Shown here piece after piece: positions 27,745 through 41,552 of a DNA stretch of 64,000 nucleotides. The DNA is from Rhizophagus irregularis (Eukaryota): positions 5,022,001-5,086,000 of the forward strand of contig NC_089433.1 of the NCBI RefSeq assembly GCF_026210795.1. Direction: 5' to 3'. Both the position numbers and the translations under genes were made by a program. The notes beneath the pieces are model-generated. The model was not told where the DNA came from. It worked only from the letters and a program-made list of their open reading frames with translations, and did not search any database. The stretch's first letter is position 1. Every line of letters begins with the position of its first letter.

Positions 27745-29169
27745 TCATTTAATAATTAGATTTGAACTTATTATTATCCCTTCTTCATAGTATTTTCTAA
27801 CAACTTCTATATGTATGGGTGTAATTTTATTTCCATTTAAACAATTAATCATAAACCGAAGTGATTTTTGTTCCCTATAACTTTCAAAATAATTTTCAAA
27901 AGAATCAATAGAATACTTCCAATCTCCACTAATCATTATATTAGTTAAACATCTTGGAGAAAATTTAGTTAAAATGTCTAGTAATTCATCTCCTATATTA
28001 TTGTTATTTTCCCTTAAACTATCAAGATTTAAACTTATTAAATTTCTACAATTAATTAATAATGATTTTACATATTTCAAATCTTCAGGTCCAATATGTG
28101 TAGCTAAATTCTTAATCTTTGGACAATGATTAGAAATTGCTTTTAGGAAAATTCCTGTATACTCAGCGGATGAGTTAAAATTAAGAAAAGATAAAGCAGA
28201 GATATTTGAAATATTTCCTTCAGTTTTTTTAATTAACTTGGCAAATTCTTTAAGGCATAATAAATTATAATAAATTTCTAGAGATTGAAGTTCTGGGAAT
28301 ATCGAATTTGCTAAATATTCTTGGAATTCTTCAATTTCTTCATATTTTACAAAACAATAGCAAACTTTTAGCTTTTTTAGATTGACAAGTGATGTTAAAA
28401 ATGAATGTGAAATAAAGCCAAACGAACCAACTAAAGAAAGATTACTAATTGTATGACCTTTTCTTGCTAATACTTTGCTTAGTTCCTGACACAACTCTTT
28501 CTTAGCATTAAGTGTTATACTTTTTAAATTTCTTTGTTCATTAATTAAAAAAGTTAATCCACGAACATCTTGAGAAAAGCCACAAATAGTTAATTCACCC
28601 AAATCTTTGCAAATATGTGCCATCTCATAAAGATTATTGGAATTTACATGACTTAGATCAACCTGTAGACTATAGAGTCTAGAGAAACATGTCAAAGCTC
28701 CCGGAAATGATGGTAAAGGTTGGGAAGTTTGCCATTCCAATTCTTTAATGCCTTTACATTGACTAACAAACAACTTGTAAATTTCTTGTTCCAAAAGATT
28801 TCTTTTTTTCGAATAATCTTTAAATACCACATTTGTAATATTATTAATAATTTTAGCTTCTAAAAATTTATAAAGGCTGACATAATTAAATGTTGGGGTT
28901 TTTGAAAGAATTGTTTGAGGCAGTTTAATATTATTTTCTAATAAAAGTTGTTTTGAAGATTTTGGTAGACAGGAAAGTATTATATTAGAAAATTTTTCTC
29001 TCGATTTTTCACTTATCATTATAAAATAGGTTGGATAATTCTTCCATAACATAGGAATCACCAAATAACACCACTCTTTATTAACTAAAAGACAGGAATA
29101 TAATGATTTTTTATCTGCTCGTAATTCATCAAAAATAAGAATAAGACAATGAATATTTAATTTTTTCAT
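27745..29169 (-). CDS. F-box-like domain plus RNI-like leucine-rich repeat protein (474 aa, intronless)
   Basis: N-terminus CLILIFDEL..SLYSCLLVNKEWC..IPMLW; LxxLxL repeats; uninterrupted ORF. Confidence 0.88.
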   Translation of the reverse strand: MKKLNIHCLILIFDELRADKKSLYSCLLVNKEWCYLVIPMLWKNYPTYFIMISEKSREKFSNIILSCLPKSSKQLLLENNIKLPQTILSKTPTFNYVSLYKFLEAKIINNITNVVFKDYSKKRNLLEQEIYKLFVSQCKGIKELEWQTSQPLPSFPGALTCFSRLYSLQVDLSHVNSNNLYEMAHICKDLGELTICGFSQDVRGLTFLINEQRNLKSITLNAKKELCQELSKVLARKGHTISNLSLVGSFGFISHSFLTSLVNLKKLKVCYCFVKYEEIEEFQEYLANSIFPELQSLEIYYNLLCLKEFAKLIKKTEGNISNISALSFLNFNSSAEYTGIFLKAISNHCPKIKNLATHIGPEDLKYVKSLLINCRNLISLNLDSLRENNNNIGDELLDILTKFSPRCLTNIMISGDWKYSIDSFENYFESYREQKSLRFMINCLNGNKITPIHIEVVRKYYEEGIIISSNLIIK

Positions 29170-31106
29170 TTTTATTTATATTATCTATTAAAAAAAGGAA
29201 TAAGGATTAAGAATATATATATATATGTATATATATAATGAAATAAAATAACTAAATGTATACAAATTATGCAAATTATGTATGTAATCGTAATTTAATG
29301 TAAAAAAGTATAACTAAAGGTATGCAAATTATACAAATTATGTATGTAATCGTAATTTTATGTAAAAACTGAATTAATGTGCAATGATCCCAAATTTATT
29401 TTGTGCTACAACATGCGGAGTTTACATTATTTTCTTAACATAAAAGATTACACATATTGTGTCAACCATGAATTTTAATAGATAGTGATAAACTTAACCG
29501 GCTATCATTTGTTTATATTGTTATATTGTTTATAGCTTACAAACCATTTCAAGAATTCAAATAATACTTTGAAATAATGTTTAACAATAATATCAACAAT
29601 ATTCAAGAATTTTTGATTAAAAAAAATGAAACGAATAAATGATTTAAATTATGTATGAAATAAATTTTTTAGGACACCTTAATATCATATTAATATAAAA
29701 CTGATTCTATTAAAAATATGAACATGCTTATATTATAGTAAAACTAAAAATTGATTTATTATTTCAAAAATTTTATGATAATTATTATTAATTAAGTCTG
29801 TTCTAATATGATATAATCTTAAAGGGATATTTACTTTAAACCAAGTTTTATTGTCAAATTATTGAATGGATGATGGAATAAAATGGAAGAAAATTATGAA
29901 TTAGATCTGGATGCTTCAATGAATAAGTTTTTGAATTTCAGTACGTACGTTTAATTTGTATTTTAATAATTTATATAATAATATATACATTCCTTCATGA
30001 AAAGCTAAATGGACAGCAGAAGTTATTCTTATAAAATATATACTATCATTGATATCATTCTTCTTGAATTCCCAATTTTAAGAAAAAGCATCTTCCTTGG
30101 AAGTTAAAAAAAATTTTGGTTGATTTCTAGTTTTTATATAGAAAGTCATACAACTCAGAAAAATACTGATTTGTAGTTTTTATATAGAAAGTTATACAGT
30201 TCAGAAAAATATATATATGGCATATATAAAAGAAAACCTATCAACATTAGGATACTACATTTTGAAAGAAATTTTTATCAAAAAATTAAAAGGCTGAAAA
30301 CATTATTATAGAAGTTTAATAATGTTAAAGTTTATGTTATTAATTTAATACATAAATGGTATAATACATTCAAGTTAGGAACTTCAGTAAACTAATAATT
30401 AAAGGAAACTATAATATACTGAGTATAAGATAATTCATGTCATCATTTCAAGTGACTGGAAACAAATAATAATTAATAGTATGCCCAACACATGAAATTT
30501 CTAGCAAATTTTGCTTCAACCTTAGTGTTACCAAGCATATAACAATTTATAGATATATAGTATTGCAGTAACTTGTTTTCTTAGGTCTGAATTATTTTAT
30601 AATATTTTAATTTAAAAGGAATTGTGACATGTAAAAGAATTTTAATAAAAGATAAGTTATAATAAAATAAGTCTTAAAATGAATTTTGCAATAGGAATTA
30701 ACTTTTATTAGTAGTATTTTACACTTTTATTTTGACTATTTTTAGTAGAAACTTTTACAACAATTTATTTATTTTAAGAAAGAATCATTCACAAAATCTG
30801 TTTGATATATCAAGTCAGTTTTCAATTAAATTTGATTGCAAATTTTTTATTAATTCTAATGCAGTATAATTTACTTTATTGACTAATATATAGCATGTAA
30901 ATTTCTTGTTCTAAAAAGATTTCTTTTTTTAAAATAATTAATTAAAGTTTCTTTAAATACTAAATTATTAACATAAGTTTTATCAAAATCAGAAACTATG
31001 ACTGTCTTTTTTTGAAGTGATACATTTGGTTGTGAAATTTCAGTAAGTAACCCCTATTAATGGCTTCATATCAAATCTAGTTAATTTTTTTGTATAACAT
31101 GCTTAC

Positions 31107-31335
31107 CTATTATGAAAAGAAATTGTTAGTAGTGAATTCAATTTTATTTAGTGATGAAAGAAGGTACATAGCCAATTCCTCCTCCAGAATTAGCAGACTT
31201 TATCAACGACAAAGTTAGGGCACCTGAAATGAGAGCTTGGGCTGGTTACCAAGGTTGTCAAAACAGTAATTCTCACTAAGTGACCATGGGAAGTATTAGG
31301 AGTTACCCACACTTTGCAAAATAAAACAAACTCAC
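31107..31335 (-). ncRNA. Intron-like unit carrying the conserved structured RNA element (copy 2), in a decayed exon context
   Basis: GTGAGT donor, ACTAAC branch, AATAG acceptor; hairpin GCTAATTC-TGGAGGAG-GAATTGGC (plus 31171-31194). Confidence 0.58.
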
Positions 31336-33939
31336 CTTAATAAAAGTACTGTATTTGGTTCTAATAATCTTTGTAGATTAATAATTCTAATAATCTTTGT
31401 ATATTAATAAATCTCAGTCTTCTGCTAGACTAGATCTCTATTTGTAAAAATTCATAGAAAGCAAAAAGGCAAATAATAAATGTTTATTGATAGAAGTTTG
31501 AACCTTAAATATAAAAAAATGATATAACTCAAATTGTCACATTAAGTTGAAAAGTACTACATAATACTCAGCTTTTGTCAGTCTAGCTCATTATTACAAA
31601 ATATTATAAACTTATACACAAATCATGTAAGAATGAAAAACAGTATAGCTTATTACATGAAATTATAAACTATGTATGCAATCCATCTAAGAAAAAAAAA
31701 TTATTAAAAAATACAGTATGACTCACATTGCATCAATAGAATCGTGATTAACATTTTTTCATATTAAACTAAAATAAACTAATAATATAAAAAAGAAAGT
31801 CAAGCATCATAATGTATCTAACATATGATGTATTTGATAAAAAATTTAGAGTCACATATATACCATATATACCAATCTTTGATAAAATATTGAATGTAAC
31901 ACAAACAAATATTTTTATTCTTAATTACTATTCACTTGTGTTAAAGTTAAAATTTTAATTATTGTGGATTTAAACTCGTTACTTTGCACCAAAACTATAT
32001 AGTAAATTGTGCATGCAAATAATATTATTTTGAAAATAAGCTGTAATCACTTTTGGTGGTAAAATTGTAATAACATTAATAAAAGTAATATTATTTTAGC
32101 GAAAAATTGTGATATTAGATATAGCCAATGAAAGTGATTGGACATTCATTACAAATCTGCCTATACGTTACAAAATTCAATTAATTTATACGAGGTAATC
32201 TAAATATCACCGAGTTTTTTTAATCACATAATAAAATAATTTTCTAAAAAAAAGTTTGCCAAATATATTAGATATACATTCTTTATAAAATAATAGTAAT
32301 AATAAAATATAACAGTTTAAATAAAGAAACTTTTGTTTTTTTAAAAAAAAAATGAATAAAATTAAAAAATTGTAAAATAAAAATAATTTCTTTTAAAAAA
32401 AACTAAAAAAAAACAGTTTTAAACCATAAAAAAAAATAATTACCATTAACATGATTAACATAATTGATGTAACAACTATAATTTATTATTTAATTAATTC
32501 TGATATAATTATTTTAATTTTCTTTACGTATCAATTAAATAATTTTGCATCATTAGTAAATTTATTATGTATACTTTTACCAAAGATTAAGTAGTGCTAA
32601 AAAAAATTCATTATAAATCGATATTTTACTGTTTCGGACTTGATGGTAGGAGAATATTCGATATGGGTACAAATTTGTTTATTCTTGGCTGATGATAATT
32701 TTTTTCAAAAAAATAGTGATATCAGACTAATACCGAAATTATTAAAGTATAGTTGGTCAAATTTCCAAAAATTCCGTACTACACGGTACTTGTTAAAAAA
32801 AATCTCACTAAAGAAAAATATCCATATTACCTGTTAGTTAGGAAACAATATTAACCTATTAAGCTAATATCATCAGTCTAACCAAAAAAAAAAATAATAA
32901 TAAATAATTATACCAATCAAAACGCTGTGATACGTAATTATAGCGAAACAAAATTGGTTAGTTTACCAGATATAAATTTAAATTTCTTAACTTTTAATTT
33001 TCTGTCGTGTTATTTCCTTCATAACCATTTTGTGTATCTATATTTTTATTTTTGTTTTACCATCATCCAATAGCAAAAGTAAAATAATGTATAAAAAAAT
33101 GAGCAAACTAATTGAAAAGGTCACGTTTAATATTTTCAAAGAATAAATTATTACTGTTACTACATTTCGTAAAAAGAGCATATTTTGTATGAATATTTTT
33201 ATAATACCAATCAGAGTTCTATCATATACTAACTGACATTATGCAGATCTAGTCTTTTCACTTAGCGTTTCTGGAATTCACATTGCGAATGAAGTCTCAG
33301 GAAATAAATTAAATTTGTTCTTAAGTTATTCATTCCGTATTTACTGGACATTTTATGCATATTTTTAGACATTTCTAAAAAATAATTTTTTAAAAAAAAA
33401 TTTCATATTCTATAGTAAAAATTGAAAGCGATTAGATTTCTTAAAGTTAATCTTTTTAAACTTTTTAAAAAATATATTTATTGATAAGTCAATCAAATAA
33501 TCAGTCTTTGAGTAATAAGAAATAGTATTATTCAACTTACTGTAAATATAATTTATTAGTTTCTCGGTTTATATATTTATTTTTTATATTTCAATTTAAA
33601 AAAAAAAATTAAAAAAAAAATTAAAAAGAGAACATTTTAAATAATGACACTAAACTGATATAAAATATTTTAATTTCGCATTGTAACAGACTTTAATTTA
33701 ATAGAATATAATGATTATTTATTTATTATTTAGTTCAAGTTGTTCAAGTTTATTGCAAATTCATATTTGAACAAATTATAAAATATAAAGAAATAAATAA
33801 ATAATAAAATGAAATGAATTATTTAAATTACGAACTAAGTAACGTGTAAAATTCACTACTCTAGACTTAGTGTTTAAATAATTCTGACAAAAATCATAAT
33901 AAAAATAGATTTTTAATTTAAAAATTTATAAAATATACC

Positions 33940-36799
33940 CTATTCAAAACCATCTAATAAAAATGGAAATAAATAAACCGTAAAAAAGTCAACATTTTGT
34001 AGCATTATTGAAATAAAATCAAATAATGGTGATAAATTATTAAATTACCTTCTGGAATTTCAAATTCATCTTGATCTTCCGAATGTAAGTTTGGATTATT
34101 AGAAATATCATTTTCGTCTATATATATTATAAATATAATTATGTTTAATTCAGTAATGAAAGGAATAAATAATAATCTCTTACCATCATTTGAAATATAA
34201 TTTCTTTGTATATATTGAAATTTGGCTATAATATTTTATATAAATATTGATTATTATTATTATAGTATTTATATAATAAAATGTTGTATCAAAATAATTA
34301 ATTACCCTTATTGGATTTATCATTATCAGTTAAATCTTCTTTTTTATCTTCTGTTTAAAATAAACAAAAAGTTTGTTTTTAATATAGTTTATCTTAAATA
34401 ATAAAAATTTTCCCATCATAATAACCTGAATAAATTCTTTTAGATTTGCCCTTTACTTCATTTTTGTTATCTATAAATTTGTTTTTTGATAAATATTAAA
34501 TTATATAAATTATTATAATTTTTATACAATTGTTATTTCTTAATATTCTTCCTTACCAATTATTGTAAGATTATTTTGTTCAATTTGGGATACAAGTTGT
34601 TCAGATACAAATTCTTCAATCTGCATGTCTAAAATAAAATAAAGAAATTAATAATCATTATTACAATATCAAAAATAGTATTATTATATTTATATATTCT
34701 AGTTACCATTAACATGATCAATATGATCTTGTCTTTTAATTTGTTGTTGTGTTGTTTTCTCCTTAAAGTTATCTATAATTTTAATTAAACACTAATATAT
34801 TTAACAAAATTCTTATACTAACCAATTGTATTTTAAAGATTTTACTCACCATTCTTTGAATTTATTTTTAGTTTCATAAATACTTTAGACAATACTTTAT
34901 TATTATACATTTTAAAGAATTATGTTAATATTTTATTCAAAGGTTTTGTCAAAAAAAATTTTAATAATAATTACTGCACCTTTTGAAATACTACTTGATT
35001 TAGGTGTATTATCATAATTTCGATTAATTGAATTATTAAATTCATTGACTAAAGTAAAAATAAAAATATATTATTATTAATTAAAATATATTACTATTAT
35101 ACGTAAAAATTAAATAAAATATTACTTACTATTATGGGGAATGCTAAATTTATAAGATTTACTGTGAAATGCTATTAAAAATAAAATAAATTTTTAAGTT
35201 TTTGATAAAAAATTTTAGCATAAATAAATAAACCCATTAATTTTACATTACCTTCTTGCTCTTCTATTATTAATGAATTTAAAAAAAATATTAGTAAAAA
35301 TATTAGTAATAAAAAATTTAGTAATAAATATAATACCTTCTGTTGCATTTCTTGGTTCAGGAAAATTTTCAAATTGATGAATTTTGCTTGTAAATAATCT
35401 GCTGCTTGTATAATTTGTTTCTAAGTTATTTGTTTCGAAGTTGCTATTTGCATCTAATTCATTTGTTGTATTTTTATATGATGCATTGATTTCGCTTATT
35501 TTGTTTCTAAGTGTAAGAATATCAGGCCTTTTTAATGGATCAGCATCCCAACATTGTTTCATTAGATTTTTATATTCTAAAGGAGTTCCTGATACTATTT
35601 TTGGTCTTATACCATTGACTATATTCATTGCAAGATAGTAATCATTTTCATAATTATTAAAAGGAGGTCGTCCAGATGAAATTTCCCACATAAGCATTGC
35701 AATACTATAAATATCAGATGCAAAAGTATATTTCCTTCCAGAAATAATTTCAGGTGCTATATAAGGGAGATTTCCATATATATTTTTTGGTGATTTATCT
35801 GCAGGACCACAAAATCCAAGATCACTAATACACCAAGTTTCATCAAATTGTGAATATAATATATTTCCAGAATGCAAATCTCTATGAATTGAATTCTCTT
35901 CATGTATCCAATAAAGTGCATCAGTTATTAAAAAAGCAATTTTAATTCTTTCTTTCCACGTAAGTTGATTATGATTTTGTAGTAAATATTCCCTTAAATC
36001 TACATCAAATTTGTTCATTACAAGCATATAATTTCTATTTGATGGATTTTGTGTTAAACCATAACATGGAATAATCCTTGGATATTTATTGCTAATATTT
36101 AAATGTAACTTGGCCTATAAAAAAATTTATTGTCAATAATTAAAGAAATTTAAGTACAAATATTTAAAATAGGATTAGATTACAAACCTCTTCAAACCAA
36201 CTTTGACTTGCGCCTTCAATATTTTCTAATTCTTTAAGTATTACACTTGCTACAAAATTTTGTATTCCAGGCACTTTAGTTCTTTCTAATTGCTGTTTTT
36301 TAGAATCCCATTCTTCATATGGTCCATTAATCCATCCTGCTGTATAAATTTTAGAAAATCCGCCTTTAGTCAAATATTCAATATTCTTTAAATTATTATA
36401 AGGGATCCATTCAACTATATAATCTGGTCCAAGCGTTTCCGATTGATATTTTTGTATTAAGTTGTCAATATCATTATTTCCAGATGTCCAATTTGAAAAT
36501 CTTGCTTTTAAATAATCTTGAACACAATATTCGCAATATAATGTAGCTAAACATTCTTTGTTGCAATTTTCACAAATTTTTTTTGTTCCTGAATTATGAA
36601 TAATTTTATCTCGGTCATATTCTTTATTAATTAATCTTATTGCTGCAGTTTTTTCATCTTCCGTAAGAGAACTATCAGCAAGAATTGTTTGTATCATAAA
36701 TTCAATTTGGTCGTGAAAGTCCTTGTGAATATTATAGTCAACCAATGCATTTGCGTTTTGAGCTGCTTGATAAACTAGTTCTCTTCGAATGGTAGACAT
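33940..36799 (-). CDS. TKL-like protein kinase with a long tail of micro-exons
   Basis: ORFs 36164..36799 and 35248..36027 (KGGFSKIY, HRDLHSGN, DLG, APE, DIYS); about ten short GT-AG exons downstream ending NPNLHSEDQDEFEIPE|DGFE*. Confidence 0.88.
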
Positions 36800-38698
36800 G
36801 ACTCCAATAGTATAGTCATTTATTTGAATTTTATTTAAACGGTGAGCAATAAAAAGAAAAAAAAAATTTATTTACAAAATTAGTCGTGCAACATCAAACT
36901 TTAATATTGTCCATTGATCAACCTTGTGCAACATCACACAATTCACATGTTCTTTGTTTACTGAAAACTTAAAGTATCTTCATAAAATTACTATAAATAA
37001 ATATTTTCGCATTTAAGTAGCATTTAAAATTTTTTCATTACACGAATAGGACAAAAAGGACACCGAAAAATACTGAAATACCTTTTTTAAAAATTGATAA
37101 TGTTGGCCAGAATTTTTATTTCCTGTTTTAGTAACTGGCCGACACTATCATAATTCCGGCCCTGAAAAAATACGTACAGCCAATAGTAAATTTTTTTTGC
37201 TGGAGTGCTAGACCTTACCTATTTTAATGTTTTTCGGGAGTCCTATACGAATCTAAATAATTTTCACATTTCTTATTGTTTTAAATTTTAATGATTAAAT
37301 TAGTACACATAACGAAAATAAAAAAAATTATTCTAATTTGTGGTAAAATGTAGAATTTTTAACGAATCTTTACAACATAGTTTATCAGACAATTATGAAC
37401 TAAATACTCCAAACTTTAAATCTCTTAAATTAGTTAAACCGTATAATATTAAGTGGGAGTGATTGATAATGAATTATTTTGTATAAGTATTCTTGTATTT
37501 CAATGACGTATAAAATTGTGAAACTGAATTATATATTAATCTTACGTAATTAGAAAAATTAGAAAATGCAAGGTGATATTCAAATGTTGATCACCGATAA
37601 AAAGAGTTAGATCTTAAGCAGGATTTCATTTCAAAAATAATTCTATTACTTTTTACGTCATTTAGAAATTAAATATTAGCTTAATTTGACTTTCAATGAC
37701 AATAGTTTACTTATTACGGTAATTCATGTAAACCTTTCAAATTTATACCAATTCATAGAAATTTATAGTATGTCAACTTGGGATAAGAACACTTTATACC
37801 GTATCAATTTAAAAGAAACTTAACATGTAAAAGAACTCAATATATAGTCAATAATAAAATAGATTATAATAAAAAGTGTTTTTTTTTTGTCTCTTCAAAT
37901 GAATTTTTGCAATAAAAATCGACTTTATATTTTATTTTGGTTATTTTTATTAAAATATTTTTTGTCATGGAAAATCCAGACATCAATCTTTTACAAAAAT
38001 TTTATAATGTCAAGCACAAAATTTGTTTTATTATATCAAGTTATAATTTTGCCTCTATATTCAATTATTATTATTATTCTTTTTTGTTTTCAATCAAAAA
38101 TGATCGTAAACTTTTGAACAATTTCAAAGACTAAAGTAAATCAGCGACAATCAAAATTTTAATATTTATAGTATATTCTTTAAAGGAATTTTTCCTCTAT
38201 AAATAAAAATATTTAACTATTTTGCAAAATTAGAACAAACATTTAGGGTAAAGATATCATATTTATTATTTTAGCTTTCTCAAGATTATTTAATAAACTT
38301 TCTGGTAAGAGTCTTCACAATTTGAGAGAATAATATAATTATTGCAGTTCATATTTCATTTTTTCATTTTATTATAAAACTAGGGTAATTTGGTATTGTT
38401 AGTGAGTTATAATATAATTATTGCATTATTCAGTAATTATTTATATATATTTTAAGTAATATAATAGGGTTTATATTAAAAAGTTGATTTGTATTTTGTA
38501 TATTTATCAAATAATAAATTTTATGGTTTATTTTGAGTTTATTAGTTTTATTAAAGAAATATTATATTTAATGATTAAAATGAATTAATCCTGTAACATG
38601 TTAAATGGTAATAATATAAAGATAAATATAAATATAATAGTTTGTATTGATTTTAATAAAATATTAGATATGATGATAATGTTAAGTATACGTCAAGC

Positions 38699-38931
38699 AA
38701 GGTTGCATGGGATGATCTCCCTCCTGAATATTATCGAAAATTAATTGATAGTATGCCTCAGAGGGTCAATGCTGTTATTTTCGCGAATGGATATAGAATT
38801 AATTATTAAATTTTTGTAAAATTCAATAAAGGAAGGCGTAATGAACATGTTAAATTTTTATTTTCATTTTATAAAACATATAAAAATTTTTTAATTTTGA
38901 AAAGTGGCCGGATCATTTAGGCCACCATCTG
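38699..38931 (+). mobile_element. 3' fragment of a Tc1/IS630-type transposon inside the left arm
   Basis: KVAWDDLPPEYYRKLIDSMPQRVNAVIFANGYRINY* (typical Tc1 transposase C-terminus) then TIR ..GGCCACCATCTG|TA. Confidence 0.82.
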
Positions 38932-40104
38932 TATGTAACATGATCTGTCCATGTTATTTGATTGGCGGTCGGGTCATATTATACACAATTCTTTATTGCT
39001 AATATAATTTTCCGGTTAATGAATTTTTAATCACTTTTTTTACAAAAAAACTTAGTTTGTATTAATAATAATTTTTCTATTCCCATCCTCTTGGAATGAA
39101 TGATGCAGCTATCCAGTTATTTTCAGTTTTTGTAATTACAAATTTTTTTTAAATGAATATTATTCCTTTTTCAGTCAAAGCCAATTTTTTTTCCATCATT
39201 GTAATTCTTTTATTTATTTAGTGTTTTTAATAATTTTTTTATCACTATAAAAATTTGTTTTTAAATTTTCTATTAATAAAATAGTGGCAAAAAAAAAAAT
39301 AATAAAAATTGATATGAAAATATAGAAACATAATATGGACGAAATTATATTTATTTTGTAAAAGATATTTTGCGATGTGATTTTAACATGATTTATATAA
39401 AGAAAAAAACTCCATTAATCCATTTATATTTTGAAACAATAAAATGATATATCTTTTTTTTATACTGTATATTCATACTGTATGCTTATAAAAAAATAAA
39501 ATCTCCATATTTTTTAATATTCCACATTTTAAAGTACTTAATTAAATTCATATATTTATTATTAAATTCAAATAATAGAATAGCATCTGTTTTTTAATAC
39601 TAATATATTTCATTAATTTATAATGTTTCATACATTGCATTTATTTATTAAGTTTCATTTATTCACATTTATTGTTAACCTTTTGTAAACATGCAATTTA
39701 CTTTATATATACTGCCTATTATCAGAATAAGTATGTTAATTATGTAATCATTTATGAACTTAATAAATAAACGCGTTAAAAAAAGAATCAGAATAAGTAA
39801 AAATTGGCAAAAAATCGGATAGCCAATTTTTAGCTACATCTGTCCAATTTGTGACTTTTACAGCCGATTTCATAGATCGTTAGTATATTACCAATATAAA
39901 AATGTAGATTCTATAATCCATATACAATTTTTTTGTATGGTAAAAAATAAAGAAAAATTTATATTGTAATATTAAATTTAATTTTAAATAATAATGCTTT
40001 ACTGAATTGCAAATAAATTTACATTCTTTAATGTATTTTTAAAATTTAAATTTTTATTTAATATTACATAATATAGTATGATCATAAAAAATATAAATTA
40101 CTCC

Positions 40105-41470
40105 ACTGCATTTTCATGAAAATTGGATTTTGACTGCTAAACAACTTTTAATTAATAAAAGAAGTCGATTTCCTTTGACCAAAATGTTCAAAATACGTTC
40201 TGAAGTGACAAAACAGAAAAAATAAAATTCATGAATGAGTACCGTTGTGAAAAACGTGAATAACCCTTCAAGTATTAACTGTACCTTCATGAAAATTAAT
40301 ATCCAAGCAGATTATGACCTACTAAAAAACTTTCAATTAATATAAGAAGTCAATTTACTTTGACTAAAATGCTCAAAATATGCTCTGAAGTGACAAAATG
40401 GAAAAAATAAAATTCGTGAATGAGTATCCTTGTGAAAAACGTGAATAACCCTTCAAGTATTAACTGTACCTTCATGAAAACTAATATTCAAACAGATTAT
40501 AACTCGCTGAACAACTTTCAATTAATATAAGAAGTTGATTTACTTTGACTAAAGTGCCTAAAATATGCTCTGAAGTGACAAAACAGAAAAAATAAAATTC
40601 GTGAATGAGTACCATTGTGAAAAACGTGAATAACCCTTCACGTATTAACTGTACCTTCATGAAAATTAATATCCAGGCGAATTATGACCCGCTGAACAAC
40701 TTTCAATTAATATAAGAAGTCGATTTACTTTGACTAAAGTGCTCAAAATACGCTCTGAAGTGACAAACCGGAAAAAATAAAATTTGTGAATGAGTACCGT
40801 TGTGAAAAACGTGAATAACTCTTCAAGTATTAACTGTACCTTCGTGAAAATAATATCCAAGTAGATTATTACCTGCTGAACAACATTCAATTAATATAAG
40901 AAGTCGATTTACTTTGACTAAAATGCTCAAAATACGCTCTGAAGTAACAAAACGGAAAAAATAAAATTCGTGAATGAGTACTGTTGTGAAAAACGTGAAT
41001 AACTCTTCAAGTATTAACTGTACCTTCATGAAAACCAATATTCGAACAGATTATTACTCGCTGAACAACTTTCAATTAATATAAGAAGTCGATTTACTTT
41101 GACTAAAATGCCGAAAATACGCTCTAAAGTGATAAAACAGAAAAAATAAAATTCCATTGTGAAAAATGTGAATAACCTTTCAAGTATTAACTGTACCCTC
41201 ATGAAAATTAATATCCAAGCAGATTTTGACCCGCCAAAAAACTTTCAATTAATATAAGAAGTCGATTTACTTTGACTAAACTGCCCAAAATACGCTCTGA
41301 AGGTAAAAAAAATTTGTAACTTAGTACTATCATGTAAAAATGTAAATAACTCCAAAAATATTAACTGTGCTTTCATGTAGATTAATATCTTAACAGCTTC
41401 AAACTTGCTGAACTACTTTTAATTAAAGAGCAAGATTTACTTTGGCCAAAATGCTCAAACCATAATTTGA
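40105..41470. repeat. Tandem array, ~185-bp unit, about 7 copies
   Basis: TGAATAAC..CAAGTATTAACTGTACC at 40257, 40442, 40627, 40812, 40996, 41169, ~41343. Confidence 0.93.
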
Positions 41471-41552
41471 AATATGTGTAAACAAACTATAATATTTGTT
41501 TATATTTAAATTCTGAGTTATTTAATTTAAATATGTTTGTGTTTATATTTAA

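Noticed and set aside
29255..31410. Short local direct duplications (~29260-29370, ~30128-30210, ~31359-31410)
   Set aside because: Ordinary slippage duplications in AT-rich intergenic DNA
40666..41038. Two similar ORFs of 71-74 aa
   Set aside because: Readings of the 185-bp tandem repeat; units contain stops
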